A DNA stretch of 60,045 nt, counting the filler, from Basidiobolus ranarum (lineage: Eukaryota): the NCBI GenBank assembly GCA_040143965.1. It is 11 parts of 11 records of this genome, joined end to end, with 100 filler letters (N's around TTAATTAATTAA, not from the genome) between each part and the next. Parts side by side here need not be neighbours in the genome. Positions count along the whole stretch, not along the records: positions 32,865 to 38,228 come from JASJQH010008496.1; positions 38,329 to 43,690 come from JASJQH010008497.1; positions 43,791 to 49,145 come from JASJQH010008498.1; positions 49,246 to 54,597 come from JASJQH010008499.1; 7 more parts are not named here. One strand, written 5' to 3'. This document shows positions 36,115 to 49,419 of the stretch, one piece after another; position 1 is the stretch's first letter; the number at the start of each line of letters is the position of its first letter. The translations under genes were made by a program, and so were the position numbers. The notes under the pieces were generated by a model. It did no database searches, had not been told where the DNA came from, and was given only the letters and a program-made list of their open reading frames with translations.

Positions 36115-37702
36115 ATGTTTTTCTTCGACTCGGCTTTTGAGTGTTTGTCCGTATTGTTAGGAGGGATTCCCATTGATCACCTGCAATGTATCTTTTCCAT
36201 TCTATTCACATACCCACTTGCTCTAATGTATCGCAAGCTACCTAACAATCCAACCATCAAGCATCTATTTTCGCTAATGGCCACTTCTTTTCTCTTCATT
36301 ATTGTGGGCAATCAGTTTGGCGGTGCTTTGCATATCCTTATTGGTTGTACGATCCCGTACTTGATCTCATTATTTGTCAAAGGCTCCTTGGGGCCTAAGA
36401 TAACCTTCGCTTTCACCATGGCGCATATGGCATATACGTAAGTAATCGAACTTGTTGAGCTTACTTGATGAGCTCCGGTTAACACCTTGATTGAACAGAC
36501 ATATATACCGTCAAATATACGACTATGGTGGCTATACTATGGATCACTCTGGACCCCAAATGATCATGGCTATCAAAATGACCTCTTTTGCTTGGAGCGT
36601 TTATGACGGTACTAAGCCAGAGGAGGTAAGCTGACTAAATTATTAACTCCTTGGGGCCTGTTACATAGCTAACCCTATTATGGCTTTCTAGAATCTATCG
36701 GAATACCAAAAATCCAAAGCTATTCGGCAGTTTCCTTCTTTCCTGGAATACCTAGGATACATCTTTTATTTCGGTAGCTTTGGGGTGGGCCCTCCAATAG
36801 AATTTGCTGATTATCGCCAGTTTACAACTCTTGAGATATTCAAGGTGGATAACAGTGAAAGGTTGGCTATTCCTGACGGTCTTCCTTCGGGACTAAGATG
36901 TTTGGCCTCTGGTATCATATACCTAGCTTTCACAGTCTTTGTCAGTCCTCATTATCCTATCCAATACTGCCTGACACCAGAGTATCGTGCCAAGTCATTC
37001 TTTTATCGATTCTCTTACATCAATATTGTCTCTTTGATGAATCGATTTAAATATTATTCAGTATGGCACATGGCAGAGGGTGCATGTATTGTGTCCGGCC
37101 TCGGATTCAACGGATACAAACAGGGCAAACCTCAATGGAACCGTGTTTCTAATGTTGATGTTATCGGCTATGAAGCAGCTCAAAGTACCAAAACTCTCCT
37201 TGACGCTTGGAATATAGGAACCAATAGATGGTTAAAGAATTATGTGTATCTTCGTATTACCCCGCCTGGCACTAAGCCCACTTCCATGGCTACCCTTGCT
37301 ACTTTTGGAGTCTCTGCTTTCTGGCATGGATTTTACCCAGGATATTATATGATGTTCCTCAGCGCTTCTATGGTTTCAGGTGTAGCTGCTAAAATGCGTA
37401 AAACAGTACGCCCGTACTTCCTCCAACCCGACATGAAAACCCCTACCTCAGGGAAGGTGGTCTATGACCTTCTCTCTTGGTTTGCTACTCAGACTACGAT
37501 AAACTACCTCACCATGTCATTCCTTATTTTGAGCTTTAAAGAAAGTATCATTATCTGGTCAGCCAACTATTTCATTGGGCATGTGATCATACTCTCGATG
37601 ATGGCATTCTTCGCCCTCGCACGTCCTAAGCCCTGGTCTCAAGCCCCCAAACCTACTCACACTGTCAGCAGACCTATACATCTTACCAAAAAGTTTGAAT
37701 AG
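36115..37702 (+). CDS. ALE1: MBOAT lysophospholipid acyltransferase, 486 aa; exons 36115-36437, 36499-36625, 36692-37702
   Basis: HIYRQ, GPQM..IK.TSFAW..YDG, GPPIEF, AWNIGTNRWLK, SAFWHGFYPGYY; two GT-AG introns keep the frame. Confidence 0.93.
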
Positions 37703-38228
37703 CTTGGAAGCGATTGAACAAACTAAGCTTCTTAGATATTCCTACTATGAATATCTCAATATGACTAACCATATAAATGTATATTTCCTTCAGACATTCT
37801 TAAAGTGCTAGTTTATCAAAGATCTCAAACTATATCTGCAATGAAGTATCAAATGAAATTTAATTAACCCCTTTATACTACGAGCCCAAATACCCGAAGT
37901 GGTCAAACTGCCTGTTAGGATCCAACACGTGATCTCTCTATGACTTGATCACATTTTTAGCAGTATTAACTAAGTTAACCCTCAAGTCCCTGATTCCCAC
38001 TTCCAAAATAGAATTTTCGTTCATGTCAATGATTTCAGTGATTAAAATTGAATTTCAAGATAAACAAGTTAAAAGGTTTCACATCTAGTTATGGCATAAT
38101 TTTATCCAACATTCATCATCCTGCAAGATAAATTCCTTACAGTCGCGGTTTTTTTGTTTAAATTAAAATGTTAAAAAAAAAATAAATTTTAACACACCCA
38201 TTTTGTATTATTTTTTGTTTTGTTGAAT

Positions 38229-38328
38229 NNNNNNNNNNNNNNNNNNNNNNNNNNNNNNNNNNNNNNNNNNNNTTAATTAATTAANNNNNNNNNNNNNNNN
38301 NNNNNNNNNNNNNNNNNNNNNNNNNNNN
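38229..38328. other. Artificial contig spacer
   Basis: 44N-TTAATTAATTAA-44N. Confidence 0.99.
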
Positions 38329-38399
38329 TATATATGTGAATAATGTGAGAATTAGCAATTCCATATTGGAAATTTCAAACTCATCCAAATTGCCCCAAA

Positions 38400-39890
38400 G
38401 ATAGCTCATTTTACTCCCACAGATGTTCTGAACACAACCTCAGTGTTAGGTTTCTGTATTTCCATCAAAAAGTATAAATGCTTTATTTCTGGACAATACA
38501 CAATTATTGCACAAAGCTGTTCACAACTCCACTTTTCTAAAGTTCCTCCAAACAGCCCATATTTTCCCAATAATAAGTGCATGGGATATGTGGTGTGCAC
38601 TAACCAAGTATTTGCCAGGTATAGATTCTACAAGGAGCTTGCAAGTGGCTTCAATGTTTGGATGCCATATTCTCTCTTTGAGACCAGAACTAGTATTTCC
38701 AACTTGCAGTGCCATCAAACCCATGATTGAACAGTACTGGCTTTCCTCTAAGATATCTACCAAGGAATCCTGCCCATCTAAATTCCCAAGTAGGTACCCT
38801 TTGATCCCAATATCTTTCATGCAAAACAAAGACTTTGACTTTTCAATTACAAAACTCTTATTATACTCCAGGTGTGATGTGATTTCTGGGATGGTCTCAA
38901 ATTTGACATTGTTTGTTTTGTATTCTCTATTCCACAGCCAAAATTGGTGGTTGTATGTATTGGCCCTCTCATTTCTGATGCTTGCTAGTACACCTGCCAA
39001 AGCATGTGCTACATTGGTGAATTGGGATTTGTTAAAACTGTATTTATATATTTGGTCATAAGAAGCTAACTTGTAACTAGCTCTAACTTTCTCAATATAG
39101 GCATACTTGAATAAAGTTAGTTCATCCTTTTGGTTCAAAGTGCAAAGCCTCAATGTTAATGGTTTTCTTACATAGTAAAATACTGATCCTCACATTTGGC
39201 ATGTGTCATTTAATTTTAACAATTTTTGCTTAAAACTAATATTTCAATGACAAATTACTGGGTTTACTGCAATAAATTTGTATTAATATGCATGCCTTCA
39301 ATTAGATATTTTAGGCTGGTTATTCCTGCCATAATTAGAATCAAAAAAAAACAAGAATCATCTTGTGCACAATCTCTACAAATGCACATATTTGACTTAT
39401 CAAACATAATTCAATAACTTCAATATGTCTTACCAGCAAACTAATGGCGGAAAAGTTGCTAAATGTCTCAGATTTAGAATAGCATTGACACTGGTCAGAT
39501 AGCTGACTCTTGTTACCATCCACAATGAGAATAAGCTCATGAATTTTGGTTAATTTCCATAAAGAATTCAGCCAAAGTACCCCTGGCTTGCAGCCAACAA
39601 TTGTCCTGCCACCAGTAGATGTGTCATTACTTGATTAGATTACACCTGTCTACAACAATAATATTGTACAGCTTGATCTATCCCACTTAGAAGGTTGTTG
39701 TGCAGCTTTCCTAGACATATTGTCAGAATTTCACACAAACAAATTATTACAAAACATAGAGGTACTTACTCTGAGTCTATTGATAGGGCTTTGTTGCTTT
39801 TAGTGTGCTCAAACAATGCAAGAACCAGTAAGCACATTGAAAAGAAAACTTTATTGTTAGTTTAATATACTCCGGAGTTGTCTTAACCCA
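38400..39890 (-). pseudogene. Longer copy of the unidentified intron-containing repeated gene
   Basis: 210-codon open stretch 38521-39153; intron 39711-39769 homologous to 27502-27560; almost no CpG. Confidence 0.6.
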
Positions 39891-40175
39891 TAGTATCGTA
39901 TCTACACTGATTATGCTGATAGATTTTTAATTAGATTAGCACACAGTAATACTGACAATTTCATAATGAGCATCACTTCACTGAAGGTGTGCTCCAATAG
40001 AAACTCCCAGAATGTATAGGAAGGGCTTATAATCTCTAAGTATAGTGAAAGATATAGCAGGAAATGTACTGAGTACTGCCATAATTACAGTCTATTGGCT
40101 TTAGACCTGAAATAAAGTTATTCATATCCTATTTGATAATCTTTGCATAGTTGCTGTATCTACCTGATATCTGCC

Positions 40176-41400
40176 ACCCTAACAGAAATTTGAGGATCGT
40201 AATTGTAGGAAAACTGACACTATTTTAATTCATTTGGGATTAATTTTTACTTAATGTCATAAAACCATCAAGTTAGATTTGATTTTAATAAATTTTTCAG
40301 TTTGATGAGTGAAATTTCAAGTTGTGCATGATTATTTACAATCTCAGAGAACTTTAGATCAACACATGTGTGAAAACCTTGACTCAAATTTTACATCTTC
40401 ATCACTTGAATGCTAATTTGGCACATTTGAAATCTCTAGTTTCTTGATATATTCCCCTGAATATTTTTATAGAGTTCTTCATACCCAAAGTTTAGCTCAT
40501 ACTGAACACAAATTTGTATCAATATCTCTATTAAAGCTCACCATCAAACTAACATACTAAGATCAAGATCTTGCTAAATAGTTGTGCATGAATGGCTACA
40601 ATATCAGAGAACTATGGATCAACACATGTGCAAAAAATGTAACTCAAATTTTACACAATCCCCACTTGAACACTAATCTGTCATCTTCAAAATCCCAAGT
40701 CTCTTAGATATGTTCTCCTAAATATTTTTATAGAGGTTTTCATACCCCAGGATTAGATCATACCCAACACAAGTGTGTATCATTATCCTCATCAAAGCCC
40801 ACCATTGTATCCATGTTGCTGAATCAACATTCTTCCAGCTATCAGGCAGATACCCTGTAATATTGTGACACTTTGTATTAAGTTTTTCCCAGATATCTGC
40901 ATGGTGAACACCAGAATGAATGTCAAGTTGAATGTTCTTCTTCCAAAGCCACTTTTGACATACTTGCACTGGGTTTTCCCTTCATACTTTTGCAAATACT
41001 TCTCAAGCACTTGGACTATTTTTGTATATCCTGGTAGTGCAACACTACTGAGGGTACTTTGTGTATTTGTGTGGCTTTTTGCTTGCCTTTACCTTTGGGG
41101 CTAATTTAAAACTTTGACAATTACCAGTTGAGGTTGGAGAGCTGTGAGTTCTATTTGCTGGTGTTTTGGCTTGTTGCAAGATGCCGGATGTTGGATAAGC
41201 TTTCAAATTTAGCACTCTTCCAACTGGTATACCTGGTTTCATGGTGAAATTTAGCTTTTTTACCAATATATCTGACTGAGGAAATGCAGATCTTTGTAAT
41301 GCATGAAGTGTTTACTAAGTAGGACAATAGAGCCTAAACTCACTGGCTTCTTTGCTTTTCCTTTATGTTTACTAACTTCCTGCTCCTTGCTTACTTATGA
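40176..41400 (-). mobile_element. Two stacked partial copies of the DDE_Tnp_4 transposon 3' region
   Basis: 40176-40555 and ~40565-41400 each align with parts of 42088-43070. Confidence 0.8.
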
Positions 41401-42086
41401 TTGCATACAAAACAGTAAGGTGTTCTGCCTGCAATTCCCTTGTTGTAATAATTTTATCCATATTTACTCCAGAGAGTTATTCAATAGTTGGCAACATAGC
41501 CATTTTGAAAGTTGATGGTATTGATGGTGTTTCAGTTAAACTTTGCTCCACTATTGATTAACCAAGTAATAGGGGGATTACCCTCTCTTCACTTGCACTA
41601 TTGCTGGATAGGAACTCAGCTGGTAAATTGTTTAATGTCTCATTATTAATTGAGTTATTTTCCAGCATGTTGATGCTTTCCAAAGTGGATAATAGATTGC
41701 CAGACTGCTTGTCAATTATGTCTTCTGCTCTTGCTGGTTTTTTTCATTTGTGCCAGCAGGCTTTTGCTTGGAAGGTGATTTTGATTTAGATTTAAAATGC
41801 TTTTTGAATGGCATTGAAATTTTTATCTGGAAAACTTTGTGTAATGAAAATGCTTAGAAACAGCTTCTAAAAAACCTAATTACCATCCATTGCCACAAAT
41901 ATCTTTTGAATCCCCTAATGACTCATCTGTGAAACCATCTCAGAATTGGCTGACAATATTGATGAGATATATCTAAAATACCACCCTTACATAGGAGGTG
42001 TTCTTTTCCCTACAATGTCCTTCTCATGCTGCATCACTAACATCTAAAGAAACCCTGCTATTGTCATCACAAATTCTCATGCTATA

Positions 42087-43690
42087 ACCCTAACAGAAAT
42101 TTGATGATTGTTATTGTAGGAAAACCATCACATTTTTAATCATTTAGGATTCACTGTTTACTCACCTTCATAAAATTGTCAAGTCAGATTTGATTTTAAT
42201 CAATTTTTTCAGTTTCCGGAGTAAAATTTCAAGATCTTGCAAAATAGTTGCACATGATTGGCTACAATCTCAGAGAACTATGGATCAACACATGTGCAAA
42301 AAACATAACTCAAATTTTACACAATTACCACTTGAACGCTAATTTGTCACCTTCAAAATCCCCAGTCTCTTTGATATTTTCTCCTGAATATTTTAATCAA
42401 GTTCTTCATACCCAAGGTTTAGCTCATACCCAACACAAGTTTGTATCAATATCTCCATCAAAGCCCACCATTGTATTAACATTGCTGAATCGACATTTTT
42501 CCAGCTGTCTAGCAGATACCCTGCAATATTGTGCCACTCTGTATTAAGTTCTTCTCAGATATCTGCATGGTCAACACCAGACTGAATGTCAAGTTGAATG
42601 TTCTTCTTCTGAAGCCACTTTCTGTATACTTGCACTGCATTTTTCCCTTCATACCTTTGAAAATACTCCTCAAGTCCTTTGACTATTTTTGTACATCCTT
42701 GTAGTGTGACACTAATGAGGGTGCTTTGCAGTATTTGTGTGGCTGTTTGCTTGCCTTTAAGTTTTGGGGCTAATTTCAACACTTCAAAAATACCAGTTGA
42801 GGTTGGAGAGCCGTGAGTTTTATTTGCTGGTGTTTTGGCCTTTTGAGAGGTGCCAGGTGTTGGATAAACTTCCAAATTTAGCACTCTTTGAACTTGCACA
42901 CCTGCATCCATGGTGAAATCAAGCTTTTTGGCCAGTGTATCTAACTCTGGAACTACAGATCTTTGTAATGCTGTAAAGAATTTGGTAAGTGGGACAGTAG
43001 AGCCTAAACTTGCTGGCTCTTTTGCGTTTCCCTTGGGTTTACTAACTTCCTGCTCCTTGAGTACTTCTTTAGCTGCTTTTCTTGCTTTTCCGAGTTGATA
43101 ATTGCATACATTTTTGTGATGTTTCATGAATAGGCCTATACTATCCCAATTGCCATTTGCTTGCAAAAACCCAGGATATGACTCATGAAATCAGTCCAGA
43201 ACCATCACAACATCAAAATACCTGGCAGAATGCAAGCCATCAATATTGTCATGGTTCTCTGATGGTTTCACAATTCAGGAGGGTGGATTCAATCCAGATC
43301 AAATCAAATTTATTTTTGTTAGAGATACTAATCCAATACTTCCGGTCATTGTGCCTGAATAAATGCCTGGATAAGTGGATATTGATGGGAGTCCTGGTAA
43401 AATTTGATGGTATCTTGACTTTTTCAAGCACTTTCCCAATCATGATGAAAGCTTTATTCATAGTGTCTTAAGTCTAGAGCTCTCAATGGATATCTTTGAG
43501 TGTGAATGTATGCAGAATTAATTAATATTGACTACTATGCCTAACTTTGATTGAGGCCCACAAAATAATTTTCCTCTATGCTTTCCTGCCACAATGTTAT
43601 ACCTCTTTAGGAAACCAAAGCCATGTTCTACTCTTGCTCTAAAATGCGAAAAAATGTCATTATAAAGCTTTTGCCTCTCTGTGAGTTTCC
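42087..43690 (-). mobile_element. DDE_Tnp_4 transposon: transposase C-terminus (43690-43430), second coding region (~43190-42100) and element end
   Basis: RARVEHGFGFLKRY...YPLRALD matches 30130-30300; 203-codon open stretch 42555-43166; terminus ACCCTAACAGAAATTTGA shared by several copies. Confidence 0.8.
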
Positions 43691-43790
43691 NNNNNNNNNN
43701 NNNNNNNNNNNNNNNNNNNNNNNNNNNNNNNNNNTTAATTAATTAANNNNNNNNNNNNNNNNNNNNNNNNNNNNNNNNNNNNNNNNNNNN
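43691..43790. other. Artificial contig spacer
   Basis: 44N-TTAATTAATTAA-44N. Confidence 0.99.
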
Positions 43791-44750
43791 GTATTTGAGA
43801 TATGACCGCTTTAATGATGGTTTAGGAAAATGTGTAATGTATAGGAATGATGCAGATACGAAGTTGAGGTTTGGTAATAAGTATGTAGATGTTTTTATTA
43901 GTGGACCTCCCTATCACCTTGGTATCCGGAATTCGTTTCTATTAGTTCTCATCTTGGTATCCAGAATTAAGCTTAGATAGATTTGAATCGACTCACCATC
44001 AAGAATCAACAAGAGCATTGAGTTTAACACAAATCCCATCTTATCGTACCAGTGTATAATTGGGTAGGTTTTTTGAAGTAAATTGAAATTGATAAAACGC
44101 GTTATCTGCCCATATTAGATAGGTTTTTTGTAATCCTGACATACAAGCATACAAACAACCCCGCAACATATAAGACATTGGAGCAAATGAACCAGCTACT
44201 TGAATTTCTAATAGTTCCTTTTCCGTTAACTCCAACCGAATTTCATTTCAAGTAAGCCATAGACATACATTTAAGATCATTAGAATGCAAGTAACTGGAA
44301 ACGATCAAGGACCAAATCCACAGATAACTGGATTTTTGTTGAATCAAGAGATGCAGGACTTTCAAGAAAATCAGTATAGAACGAGCCCTATTAGGAGTAA
44401 AGTAACTTATTCTCTTTCTAGGGTCTTCATATGCATCTGTATTGAATGCACAGCACTATCACTGCTTGTTCATTTGAAAAAAATCCTGCGTAATACCAAT
44501 TGGAAAACTTTAAGGAGGTTAACCCCTTAAGATGCGTGGAGACATTCAATCATCTCTCGTATAAAATCAATCCCTCCATCATGATACGTTTGATTTATTC
44601 GCTTCTACGTTGAGACTTTTAGTACCTGTTCACCTTCACCGTTTTCGCTCTAATTGCGCAGCATATCTGTACAATTCAACATTATTTTGGAATAATCACC
44701 TCAATAGTTGGTTCAATTATATCATATGATCTCCGATGCGTTTAATTCAG

Positions 44751-46958
44751 AGTTGGAGGAGAAAAGGTATGTTCCATTGAATTCTGTGTCGATTATATCA
44801 ATGCCATTAATCACCGTGAAAGCCCTCCAGGCATAGCCCTGATGGTCCGGGACATCACTCGTGCTAAGACCATATCCTTAAAGCTTTATCCTGGTACAAC
44901 TGTCAGGAAAGCTATAGAATTGGTATGTAGTTACTACTGTCCATCTCATTGACCATTCTAACTTACTGTATAAATCAGTGTTGTGACAAATTCGAATACT
45001 GGGAAGAATGGAACTATGGAATGTAACTATCCATCATAGAGATCTCTCAAATGCCTACAATTTCATTAATATGATTTTATCTTCAGTTACTCTCAGACTT
45101 TAAATAGCTGGCTCAATGATTCATTTTCAATTGAATCCTATCCACCTGAGACCAGAGTAAGCACTGGTTATTATATCACTATACAAATGCTTGTGCGGTA
45201 GAAACTAACATCTCTGATTGATTAGAAGTCCCTACTCCTGCTCACCAAGAAGCCCGACTATTTTGAGCTGATGGCATCTAGGCTTGTAAGTTGACAGTCA
45301 TTTTATTGTTGTGGCTCCAAAGATCGATCATTAATCGACTTTCTTAGCCTGTGCTATCTAAAACACCAAATGATATCACCAAGTTTGTCATCTCTCGTCA
45401 AAGTTCTTTTACAAACTTATTCAATAAGACTTTTTCGGCGCTAAAAACAAAAATGAGAAATGACTCGTTGTATTTGAGTGTCCTGCTTTTCCGTAGAGAC
45501 CACACAGTCCTACAGACTGGTGGTGGGATCTTGCCAACTGTACTGATAACAGAGGACTTGAGCAAAACGTATTCCGATCAGGAGTTTGATGAAAATAATG
45601 ATGGATTTGCTTGGATATTGAAATCCTCAATGGATTGGGAGGAAGGTACAATTACAGACCAACTGAGTTCCTTCACCAACTCTCAATCTCATAATCAAGG
45701 AGGGAAACCAGATTTAAGAGTGGCTTTTGGTGAAGCAGCCACCGTGTTAATCAAACTATTGGGCTTGAAAAAGCTCGGATTTATCTACGATTATCCAGTG
45801 GAGATGGGTAATGCGAACTCCAAATTTATCTTGGCATTTCAATACGTTCCGGACAACCAACTTTCAAGTGTAGCCTGTGATGCTTTAAAAAATGGAATAC
45901 TAAAGTGGAAATCTATTGAGAGTTTGGAGCCTTCTGTTTATTCTCCAAGTTTTAGTATACTCTCACAATGCTGGTCTATATATGGAGCACGAAAAACGCA
46001 GCTGACCCCTGGCCTCTACGTAGGGTTGTATCATTTACAATCAACTCCGAGTGGTCTTAATATTCTACTATCTTCAGATAGAAAACATCTGTTGCCAATG
46101 GTTAAAATCCGAGACGACTCTCATCTAGCCGACGAGGAATGGGAATGGTTGAGGTCTGGAAAACAAAAACCAGTTCAAGGTGAAGATATATTAGAAGAGA
46201 TTTGTCTTAATCTCCAGAGTGCCAAAGAGTTTACACATATGGACCATTTTAAATGGCTTTTCACTAGAGGCTTCCTTAAGTTACAACAAATGACTCGTCT
46301 TTCTCTTCGCTCACAAGATATTTACGACGTTGAAACCATCGAAATGGAAATACCCTTAACAAATAAGTTTGGTAGAGCCCCTGGTAGGGAGGTAACAAGC
46401 GGGAAAGCTCGAGTGATACTAATTGTTAAGCCAATGCAAATGCTGGAGGAGAGTTCTGCGTTTCGTGGGTGTGTATACCATCCTCGTTTAACTATGTATC
46501 CTTTCCGGTTGTTTGGAGCACTGCATCACCACGTTCACGATCCTACAGTTTATGATCCTCTAAGGAGGAACATTCTGTTACTTCAGAGCACAATTCATAG
46601 CGCACAAATCGACCTTTCGTCCACAACCAAATCTCTAGCCTGTGGTCTTCAACAAGACGCTATGAAAATACGAGATATTATTAAAGTTCTAAAAGCGAAG
46701 ATTGAAGAACAAAACGAGCAATGGAGTAGTACCTCTTGGGGGGTAAGAGTTTTAGACTGGGATAGGAATAGATCCTGGGAGGAGAAAATAGGGAATCAAA
46801 CTGGAGCAGCACTTAATTTAATGCGTCGATCAAATTCTAATCCACAAAATTCGAAAGAATTCAAACTACCTCGTGGTGCCCATTTAATCAAACCTAAAAG
46901 ACCAATGAGCCTTTGTCAAGCATCAGAATATCCTATACCTAAATCGAACCTGGTGTAG
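44751..46958 (+). CDS. ANKFN1/WAKE-like core preceded by a ubiquitin-like (FERM-F0-like) domain; exons ~44751-44922, 44979-45022, 45087-45156, 45226-45285, 45348-46958; true 5' end unresolved
   Basis: Four GT-AG introns splice in frame; motifs LYLSVLLF, FAWILKSSMDWEE, PGLYVG, LPMVKIRDDSHLADEEWEWL. Confidence 0.75.
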
Positions 46959-47295
46959 ATTATTTATAACTTTGGATACGCCATTATCAGCCACCACCAT
47001 CTTACCTAGAACCTATTAGTTTAACTGATAACTGGAACATCTTAGTTTTCATTTGCTTCGATTGACTGGTTTCTAAAGCAATTGAGCTTCACATATAGTA
47101 TAGTATAGTATAACATAGAAGTGTATTTTTATTTTCATCCACTCCTCCCGTCATTCTTTGTACTTTCTCACTAAAAAACTTGTAAGTTACTTACCGGTAC
47201 TTTAACAATAAGTAAAAAAAAATCCAATGGGTGTATAGTTCGTTGAATATCAATGAATTTCATTAAATAAGAGTGGAAGTACCCAGTGAATTGTT

Positions 47296-47715
47296 TTAAA
47301 ATAACAAAGCAATCCAACCACCAATTAGACACAAACCACCTAAAGGTGTAACCGGTCCTAAAGAACGGAATCTTTCGGTATCAAGAACTAATAGGTAAAT
47401 ACTTCCAGAGAATAGAGTAGTACCAGCGATGAGTAATGGACCAGCGACATTGGTCTTACGTCCTAGAGAAGCGGCTAATAACACAGCGGAATGGAAGAGT
47501 TGATAATGAGCAGCAGTTTCCCAATTTTTCAACTTTTTGGGGTCACTGATACGTTTAGTTAAACCATGAGCACCAAAAGCACCAATGGCAACTCCAGTAG
47601 CACCTAATAATAATTCTTGGGTTAGATATTTGCAAGAAGAAAAGAAAAGTATACCATTTTCTATGTACTTACCTAAAACACAACCAGCACGCCAAAGAAA
47701 CTGTGTAGTAACCAT
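47296..47715 (-). CDS. TMEM256: TMEM256/DUF423 membrane protein, 116 aa after removing intron 47604-47672
   Basis: GAFGAHG, WETAAHYQLFH, LFSGSIY, GPVTPLGG. Confidence 0.92.
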   Translation of the reverse strand: MVTTQFLWRAGCVLGKYIENGILFFSSCKYLTQELLLGATGVAIGAFGAHGLTKRISDPKKLKNWETAAHYQLFHSAVLLAASLGRKTNVAGPLLIAGTTLFSGSIYLLVLDTERFRSLGPVTPLGGLCLIGGWIALLF

Positions 47716-49145
47716 ATTACGAAACTAGTGAAATGAAAGCTTTTCAAAGTGAAGTAAAAAATCTCAAGTATATCTGCTTTTAAAATTGCTTAATAAGCAT
47801 CGAGTGACAGAAATATGTGAATTAGATCCAAGAAGTGTCTAGATCTTACTTCATTTTCCCAATTAAAATTATGTTTAATATTTTTGGAATTTGACTGTTG
47901 TATTTATTCTCTCGAATGCATATTTTGTTGAATATTCTTTGAGGTTATAAAGTACATTTTACTTGTTGGATTGATATTTGGAATACCTCAAAAGTCACTC
48001 AAAACCATAGACAAGAATAGATATCACATATTGCTTGATTTTCTGAGAATGTATAGGTTCTTGTTTTCTTAATCAACTTCTCCAAAGGATATCTCACCAC
48101 ATCAAACACTCAATAATTCCATGTAAAGATATTTACTTTCATGCACTTCGGAAATTTCTATTGAACAAAAATTATATTCTAATTGTCAAAGAGCTCTTGA
48201 TATCCACACTAATATCTACAAAATATGTAAGCCTACCAGAGAATGAAATACATATTCTCTAATTCTTTGAAAGCCTTGAACTCATTCTAATAGTTTAAGG
48301 AGTATATTTCTTGTATCAGCTGTCTGTGAGGTGAACTAATAATAATGATAAAATTATGGCTAACTAAAGAATCAGTTACATGTAGAGAAAATTAGGATAA
48401 TTATAAATATATGAGTATAAATTACTCCATCATGGGAAAAACCCAAGTTAAATCTCACATGTTTAATAAATCATGGATCCATACCAATTTATTATTAACC
48501 CACTTTCATGAATATTTCCACCGTCATAAATGTCTAATGAATTGATCATTATTACTAGTACCTTATCTGGGAATTCAAGATGGTCGTGGAAATCAACTGA
48601 TAATCTATTGACAGTTGACAAGAGTTGGAGTAGAATAGGATATTCATGAGCACTACATGAAACCAGTTTATGAATGTTAATGAATAGATTGTTCCCAAGC
48701 TTATATATTGATTTTTCCGAATCTCCATTGGTACATTTTTAAACCATGAAAAAGTTTGCCCGATCAGAAATAGCCGAGGTCAAAAAGTTGGAGTAGATAA
48801 TGATTGTATCATTTATTGCATTTTGAAATGGCACAAATTAGGTGGAATACCCAGATAAATCATAATAAAGATATAAAGATACATGATAATGAATGAAAAT
48901 GCTGGTAGTGTCTGATAGCTGGTGTGGTATATGGGACATCGTGCTCATATTTCCAAACCATATAAATGAAGCAAAGTGAATTATTATTTACTAGTGAGTA
49001 GTTGCGAACTTCTTTTCGTCGTTAGCAGTTTCAATGTCTGTTCTGGGTGCGGAAACGATCATCTCGCGACTCTTCGTGTGATATCTGCAGATCATAACAT
49101 ACACGAAACCTCCCAAGAAGAGTCCAATGAACCATGAGAAGTTGA

Positions 49146-49245
49146 NNNNNNNNNNNNNNNNNNNNNNNNNNNNNNNNNNNNNNNNNNNNTTAATTAATTA
49201 ANNNNNNNNNNNNNNNNNNNNNNNNNNNNNNNNNNNNNNNNNNNN
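49146..49245. other. Artificial contig spacer
   Basis: 44N-TTAATTAATTAA-44N. Confidence 0.99.
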
Positions 49246-49392
49246 TGGTGGGATAGTGCCATATTGTTCCTTATAGTGTCCGATTGAGTGTTATAGGACC
49301 CAGCCATGGTAATTGACAGATCGCGCCAGATGGTGTACTAGCAGGCTGGATCGAGCGGCACGATCTGACCTGGTCCAATGGAACAAGTCTAT
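49246..49392 (-). repeat. LTR-like repeat family 3, CpG-retaining copy
   Basis: Matches 5519-5665 almost base for base. Confidence 0.85.
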
Positions 49393-49419
49393 TCTATTCC
49401 CAGTTGTCTGGATGTAAAT

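Noticed and set aside
43249..43461. 70-aa ORF as the translationally coupled start of transposon ORF2
   Set aside because: The homologous copy at 30309 does not keep this frame open, and the transposase frame appears to extend over it.
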